From positions 57,473 through 121,472 of the forward strand of contig JBHLPH010000004.1 in the NCBI GenBank assembly GCA_048939625.1: a stretch of DNA of 64,000 bases, read 5' to 3'. A program made the position numbers and the translations under genes. This document shows, one piece after another, positions 58,745 to 64,000 of this stretch. The notes under the pieces were generated by a model. The model worked only from the letters and a program-made list of their open reading frames with translations. It did no database searches and was not told where the DNA came from. The first letter of the stretch is position 1. Each line of letters begins with the position of its first letter. This stretch comes from Promethearchaeota archaeon (GTDB lineage Archaea; Asgardarchaeota; Hermodarchaeia; Hermodarchaeales; Hermodarchaeaceae).

Positions 58745-59632
58745 TTAGCCCCATAGCTCTTGGAGATACTTAATAAGAGTTGGTCGAAGTTCTCGTCGGA
58801 AAAGACCTAATTCAATATCCTTGTCTTTCAATTTCAGTTGAAATTGTGGCTGCCCCAAATGTTCCCCAGATTTCTTTCCCTTCAGCGCTTTCAACATCCA
58901 TGCACCGGGATGTCGTCGATATTGATCTAATTCAGCTGGTGAGAGAGTGGACTGGAATTCTGAAAAAAATCGAGCTGCATATGTGGGACATTGAGAGATG
59001 ACTTCAATGAAGGAGAAGCCCGGATGTATCAGGGCTTCCTTAATAGTGGCAATCAGCTCATTCACATAGAAGGTGGTCCAGCGGGCAACATAGCTTGCTC
59101 CAGCTCCCAGGACGAGTTGGGTGAGGTCAAAGGGGGCCTCTGGGTGTTGGGGGTAGGTTGATGTTTGGACATGAAGCGGAGTCGTTGGAGCCGACTGCCC
59201 CCCGGTCATCCCATAGTTGAGATTGTTAACCAAAATAACGGTCATTGGGATATTACGGCGAGCAGCGTGGATTAGGTGATTTCCGCCTATGGCAGCACCA
59301 TCACCATCGCCTGTGAATACGACGATCTTGAGCTGCGGATTCATTACTTTAGCACCGGTGGCAAATGCAATTGCACGACCATGAGTAGTATGCAAGGTGT
59401 CACCTTTGAAATGGGGACTGGGAATCCATGCGGAGCATCCGATGCCAGAAACCCCAAGAAGATCTTTGTGCCGAATTTGTTTAGTCATTATCAACTCGTC
59501 AACGGCACGCACAAATGAATTGAGAATCGTCCCATTTCCACAACCAGCACAGAAAGCACTAGGGAGGTTTCGGAGATAATTCTCACGATAGTATGCCTGA
59601 GGTTTACCCAGTCTTTGGCTTTCCTTTGTCAT
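58745..59632 (-). CDS. korB: 2-oxoacid:ferredoxin oxidoreductase beta subunit (TPP-binding)
   Basis: FCAGCG, SGIGCS, HGR, GDGD..AIGGNH, NN..YGMTGGQ.APT. Confidence 0.93.
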   Translation of the reverse strand: MTKESQRLGKPQAYYRENYLRNLPSAFCAGCGNGTILNSFVRAVDELIMTKQIRHKDLLGVSGIGCSAWIPSPHFKGDTLHTTHGRAIAFATGAKVMNPQLKIVVFTGDGDGAAIGGNHLIHAARRNIPMTVILVNNLNYGMTGGQSAPTTPLHVQTSTYPQHPEAPFDLTQLVLGAGASYVARWTTFYVNELIATIKEALIHPGFSFIEVISQCPTYAARFFSEFQSTLSPAELDQYRRHPGAWMLKALKGKKSGEHLGQPQFQLKLKDKDIELGLFRRELRPTLIKYLQELWG

Positions 59633-60765
59633 GCAACATCCCCCCCTAATATTTGGTCGAGAATCTCATCAGACTGGTGAACCTCTCCTGCCACCTTTGG
59701 CACACTAATAACCGAAGCATTCCGTGCAAGCCGAGTGATTTCATGGACCATCATACCCATGTTCATCTCTACAACCAAAACTCGTTGCACATCTTTGAGC
59801 ACCTCAAGAAGATGGGTTTCTGGTAGCGGCCAGAGCGTTTTTAACCGGATAAAGCCCACCTTGCGACCTCTTTTCCTTGCTCTTTGGACGGCGTGGTAAG
59901 CGGGTCGAGCTGCTGCTCCAAAACTTAACACCGCCGTAGATGCTGATTCGAGATCGGTCACCTCTAAATCCAGTCTTTCTTTCCGTAATGCATTTCCTGC
60001 CTGTTGATTCTTTTCAAAGAGCCATTCAATGGTTGCCCGATGGAAACGCGGCGTATAATCTCGTACACCTGTTGGTCGATGCGCAGAACCTGTGACAAGC
60101 AGATTCATACCATCACCAAACCGGGGCATTTCATACCGGAGAAAGATATCGCGTGGACTGGAATGATTCGGAGTAAGTCGTTCCCGGTTAATAACGGGGA
60201 ACTCCTGGGATTTGGGAATCGTGAGGGGTTCACGCATATAACTGATTTCGCCATCCGACATAACTAGCGTGGGTGTTCGGAACCGCTCAGCATAATTGAA
60301 GGCGTAGATAGTAAAATCAAACATTTCTTGCACTGACCAAGGACAGAAGGCGATGGGTGGAATATCTCCATGTGAGCCATAACGAGCCTGCATGATATCT
60401 TGCTGACCTGGCATAGTGGCTTGACCAGTGCTAGGTCCTGATCGCTGGGCATCAACAATGACAATAGGCGTTTCAGTAAGATAGGCATAACCCAGATTCT
60501 CTTGCATCAAACTGAAACCCGGTCCTGATGTAGCCGTCATTGCCTTCCCCCCTGCCCAAGAAGCCCCAATGATCGCCGCAATCGAAGCGATTTCATCTTC
60601 CATTTGCAAATAATACCCTTTAACTTCAGGAAGCCGCTTTGCCATCCACTCAACAATACTTGTTGCGGGCGTAATAGGATATCCCGCAAAAAACCTGCAA
60701 CCAGCATAAATCGCCCCCTCGGCACAGGCGGTTCCACCATCAACAAAATACAACCCAGGTTTCAT
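59629..60765 (-). CDS. korA: 2-oxoacid:ferredoxin oxidoreductase alpha subunit
   Basis: YPITP, QMEDEIAS, TATSGPGFSLM, QRSGPSTG. Confidence 0.94.
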   Translation of the reverse strand: MKPGLYFVDGGTACAEGAIYAGCRFFAGYPITPATSIVEWMAKRLPEVKGYYLQMEDEIASIAAIIGASWAGGKAMTATSGPGFSLMQENLGYAYLTETPIVIVDAQRSGPSTGQATMPGQQDIMQARYGSHGDIPPIAFCPWSVQEMFDFTIYAFNYAERFRTPTLVMSDGEISYMREPLTIPKSQEFPVINRERLTPNHSSPRDIFLRYEMPRFGDGMNLLVTGSAHRPTGVRDYTPRFHRATIEWLFEKNQQAGNALRKERLDLEVTDLESASTAVLSFGAAARPAYHAVQRARKRGRKVGFIRLKTLWPLPETHLLEVLKDVQRVLVVEMNMGMMVHEITRLARNASVISVPKVAGEVHQSDEILDQILGGDVA

Positions 60766-60986
60766 TCTTCTTCGACCTCAATCATGATTGCAGCATCCGG
60801 ACACCGTTTTTCACATAGGCGGCAAGCGACCCCCTCTTTTCCACGAACGAGCATGCATTTTGTATCACCATTTTTAATGAGACGTGGACTATGACCACCC
60901 CAGGCTGTGGAGGTGTCTTCTTCCAAGATCCTTGTGGGGCAGAAGAGAATACAAATACCACAGCCTTTGCAAAGGTTTTCGTTCAC
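60762..60986 (-). CDS. korD: 2-oxoacid:ferredoxin oxidoreductase delta (ferredoxin) subunit; start may lie further upstream
   Basis: CKGCGICILFCP and C...CRLCEKRCPD. Confidence 0.85.
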   Translation of the reverse strand: MNENLCKGCGICILFCPTRILEEDTSTAWGGHSPRLIKNGDTKCMLVRGKEGVACRLCEKRCPDAAIMIEVEEE

Positions 60987-61108
60987 TGTGAGTTTAATTC
61001 GTCGAGGAATTCTAAATGCCCCCCAGGGTCGTGTGGGTGTTTGCCATCGTCGGTGAGTTTGTCTGATTACCTAAAGCTTTATGGAAAGACGAGTCTAACT
61101 GTGGCGTT

Positions 61109-62464
61109 ATGTCACAGCCAGCTAATGACCGATTTCCACGATGGCTAACCGCCATTTTCATGTTCGTCATTTCCTTCGTTCTTGTCATCTTAACATACTT
61201 CATTGATATTGTGGGTGCCCTCTACTATTTTATTACCATCCTGATTGCCTTTCTGCTCTGGACCTATGTCGATAAACAACCTATTGAGGGAGTGGGATTC
61301 AATCGAACCTCTCTATGGTGGCTTCAACTCATCTTGGGAATTATCCTTACAAGCACAGTCCTTGGGTTGATTATCTGGCTGGAAGTGCTGATAGGCTGGC
61401 TCATCCTAACCCCCGTGTTCCTTAGTGTGCCATTGTGGACGAGTGCAGGGCTTCTCGCATACTATGCGATATGGCAGGCACTGGTTGCAGCAGCAGAAGA
61501 ATTTGTCAACCGAGGATACATCCAGCAAAACCTAGCAGCCCGCTTACCCATGCACCTTGCCATTTTAGCCGCTTCAATTCTCTTCGCTGCTTTACATATC
61601 CCAAGCATCCTATTTCACCTGCTACCATTACCTCTTGCAATTATCATGTTCATGAATCTAATTCTTGGAGGAATTATGTTGGGCTTAGCGTTTACCCGAA
61701 CTGGGCATCTGTGGTTGCCCATCGGATTGCATTTTGGCTGGAACTATATGCTCTATCATATTGCTGGTTTTGGTGGAAATGGAATTTTCGAAGCTCAAAA
61801 CTTAGGTTTATCATTACTTACTGGCGGCTCAATGGGACCTGAAGCGGGATTGTTAGGTACCGCTGCCTTCCTGTTTCTAATTGCCATTATCTGGTTAGGA
61901 ACTCAGTCATCAAGGGGGCAGCTTATGCGAAGCTTCGAACGTAAACCACTGCTAATGTTTGTTTTTGGGTTTCTTGTCATTGCAATTCCAGTTGTGCTGG
62001 GGATGATTTTCGCTGGACTCTGGCTATTTCTCGCCCTCTGGATTTTATATTCGATTTTTTTCCTGCAAATTTGGGAAAATCGAATTCTATGTAGTCACTG
62101 CCCCCATTACGCGGCTGAAGGACGCACCTTGCGGTGTCATGCGAATTACGGAATCTATAAACTTTGGACGTATAATCCTGCTCCGATAAGCCGTTCTGAA
62201 CAAGCCCAAATTGTGATTGGAGTTGTTATTATGATCGGTTTTCCCTTTCCTTTTCTGGTTTGGGCTCAGCAATGGTTGATGTTAAATATCGCCTTATTTG
62301 GAGTAATTATCCTTGGAACTATCCTATTTGGTTGGCTCTGCCTACGTTGCATCAACTTTTCGTGCCCCTTTAATCGTGTACCTAAGAACGAAGTTGATAC
62401 TTTTTTAAAAGAGCATCCAAAGATGCTGAAAGCTTGGGAAAAAAAGGGTCATGAACTAGGTTGA
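61109..62464 (+). CDS. CPBP (Abi/CAAX type II) intramembrane protease fused to a Cys-rich membrane domain
   Basis: EEFVNRG, FAALH, IGLHFGWN, TGG..GPE; C-terminal CSHCPHY...C...CLRCINFSCPFN. Confidence 0.88.
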   Translation: MSQPANDRFPRWLTAIFMFVISFVLVILTYFIDIVGALYYFITILIAFLLWTYVDKQPIEGVGFNRTSLWWLQLILGIILTSTVLGLIIWLEVLIGWLILTPVFLSVPLWTSAGLLAYYAIWQALVAAAEEFVNRGYIQQNLAARLPMHLAILAASILFAALHIPSILFHLLPLPLAIIMFMNLILGGIMLGLAFTRTGHLWLPIGLHFGWNYMLYHIAGFGGNGIFEAQNLGLSLLTGGSMGPEAGLLGTAAFLFLIAIIWLGTQSSRGQLMRSFERKPLLMFVFGFLVIAIPVVLGMIFAGLWLFLALWILYSIFFLQIWENRILCSHCPHYAAEGRTLRCHANYGIYKLWTYNPAPISRSEQAQIVIGVVIMIGFPFPFLVWAQQWLMLNIALFGVIILGTILFGWLCLRCINFSCPFNRVPKNEVDTFLKEHPKMLKAWEKKGHELG

Positions 62465-62475
62465 ACACCTGTGTT

Positions 62476-63099
62476 CTAGTCACGATGAAATATCTTTGCA
62501 AGCGAAGCGACGCGTTCACCAACGAGCTGGCTGTTTCGAATAGCGATTTCATCTTTAGGAGTTCCTCGCCATAAAAATCCCTCAGTTTGAAGACCAGTCA
62601 TCCCAGCCCAAGCTTCTTTTACAGGATCGCCAAGCCCACCAGCGACAATCATCCCTTGTCCGAGTGCATAATTGATGAGCGTCCCAGCAGTGGATTCCTG
62701 CCCTCCATGTCTGAGCCCTGCGGCAACGATGATTCCGACGATTTTGTTACGAAGCCGATGGTCAAGCATTTTTCGAGTTCGTGACCTATCGATGAGATTC
62801 TTAAGGAGACCAGGTACCATCCCAAAGTAAGACGGGCTGGCAAAGATGATGGCATGAGCCGCCTCCATTTTATCTAGAACTTTAGGGACATCATCTTTCG
62901 CATCCTCTGGGCAGGGCTTTTGACGAACGCAGTTGTCACACCCAGTACACGGAAGAATAGAATAGTCAGCCAGACGAAGAAGCTCGGTTTCGACTTTAGC
63001 CACTGAACGTGCTGCTTCAAGTGCTTGTGTTAAGAGGAATTCCGAACTGGATTTTTCTTTCTTTGGAGACCCGCAGAGACCTAATACTTTGGTTGTCAT
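62476..63099 (-). CDS. Iron-sulfur flavoprotein / flavodoxin family
   Basis: GSPKK, CTGCDNC....C, SPSYFG, RHGGQE. Confidence 0.9.
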   Translation of the reverse strand: MTTKVLGLCGSPKKEKSSSEFLLTQALEAARSVAKVETELLRLADYSILPCTGCDNCVRQKPCPEDAKDDVPKVLDKMEAAHAIIFASPSYFGMVPGLLKNLIDRSRTRKMLDHRLRNKIVGIIVAAGLRHGGQESTAGTLINYALGQGMIVAGGLGDPVKEAWAGMTGLQTEGFLWRGTPKDEIAIRNSQLVGERVASLAKIFHRD

Positions 63100-63279
63100 A
63101 TTAGCACACTTCAGCGAAGTGTTATGTTGGACTTCCCCAATAGCGTTCCGGTGTTAGTCAAGAGGTTTGTGATTGTTGAAAAAGAAACGATTAGAAAGAA
63201 CTAGATTGCCAGTATTATATTGGACATCAAGTCGCTAAATAAAGACATCTCGTTTCTGCGTTTTTCTTTTTCATAGAAA

Positions 63280-63909
63280 TCAGCAGCGATGCTGGTGCCG
63301 AAGAGCATTTTCAATGCGATGGAGGTCTGTTGGCGTATTCACATTGGTGAATGTGAGTAGTTTCTTATCGAAGCGTTCGAGAGCATTGGTTGAGAGGTAG
63401 ATAACTCGACCTATGTTGTCGATTAAACATTGCATGCGGTATTGTTTTGTTTCCAGACAGCCATTGGCCACATCGCGAGCCACCTCTGTTGCATAGACTG
63501 AGTGAAGCGGTTCAACCCAACCATTTGGCCATCGTGGAACTGCAGCATTATGGTTCTCGACCATACTCCATAAAATTTCGAAAAACATTTCGTGAATCAA
63601 TGGTGAATCACAGGGAAGGAGTTGGGTATAAGGAGATTTGGCATGCTGAAAAGCTGTAAGTGCACCAACTAATGGACACCGTGTTTCATTGCTTTCGTCC
63701 GTGAGGATCTGAGTTCTTGATATGTGTTCGGAAAATTGGTCTCGATCAGCCTCTGAATGGACAATGATTAGGATTTCACTAGCATAAGCTTCACAGGCAT
63801 CTACTACATGGAGGAATAGGGGTTTGCCAGCAACTTGAGCAAGGGCCTTAGTCGGTTTAAAGCGATCACTACGCCCCCCAGCCAATATCGCAACTGTAAC
63901 AGAGTCCAT
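63280..63909 (-). CDS. mobA: Molybdenum cofactor guanylyltransferase
   Basis: ILAGGRS.RF...KA, PL.G, PCDSP, EPLHSVY, NVNTP.DL. Confidence 0.92.
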   Translation of the reverse strand: MDSVTVAILAGGRSDRFKPTKALAQVAGKPLFLHVVDACEAYASEILIIVHSEADRDQFSEHISRTQILTDESNETRCPLVGALTAFQHAKSPYTQLLPCDSPLIHEMFFEILWSMVENHNAAVPRWPNGWVEPLHSVYATEVARDVANGCLETKQYRMQCLIDNIGRVIYLSTNALERFDKKLLTFTNVNTPTDLHRIENALRHQHRC

Positions 63910-64000
63910 GGTTGGTTTCACGCAATTTTGATTTATCTTTCTTCACGCCGCCAGAGCTAGCATTTGGACTAAAAAGTTATTGATGAAGTAAATCATGAAA

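Overview
Archaeal genomic window of moderate GC. An Asgard origin (Thorarchaeia/Hermodarchaeia-like) is inferred from a longin-domain protein, a V4R protein, expanded tandem-Lrp regulators and a Tat-less reductive dehalogenase. No rRNA, tRNA, CRISPR array or transposase was recognised. 1-19.7 kb: oxidative-stress genes (rubrerythrin, rubredoxin); a biotin carboxyltransferase/transcarboxylase-like set; a B12 acyl-CoA mutase with isobutyryl-CoA mutase specificity residues plus MeaB; a ferredoxin-fused ETF; a reductive dehalogenase; two degenerate KaiC/RecA-fold proteins; an acyl-CoA dehydrogenase. 19.7-34.4 kb is an accessory island holding the most novel signals, most of them missed by the ORF track. 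(i) Three homologous 40-47 aa basic peptide genes, each followed by a GC-rich structured 3' RNA. Together with a fourth small membrane-protein gene they share a positionally conserved promoter/operator (TCGATGGGAGC box, GTGCAAAA half-site, TTTTGCAC-N6-GTGCAAAA palindrome). (ii) Two similar single-TM leader peptides with apparent non-AUG starts and anti-Shine-Dalgarno/U-tract 3' ends, each directly upstream of a protease (S8 subtilase, C25 gingipain). (iii) Four paralogous tandem Lrp/AsnC regulators. 43.4-52.8 kb: a cluster of proteins resembling eukaryotic membrane-trafficking/quality-control components (V4R/Bet3-like, SPFH, PH/GRAM-like, Cdc48, IFT52-like GIFT domain, longin+winged-helix NPRL2-like, membrane-anchored ChlI-vWA). 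The rest is housekeeping or metabolic (Sir2, HIT, AOR, macrodomain, ThiN-like, 2-oxoacid:ferredoxin oxidoreductase, MobA). All family assignments are by eye from motifs; no database search was run.
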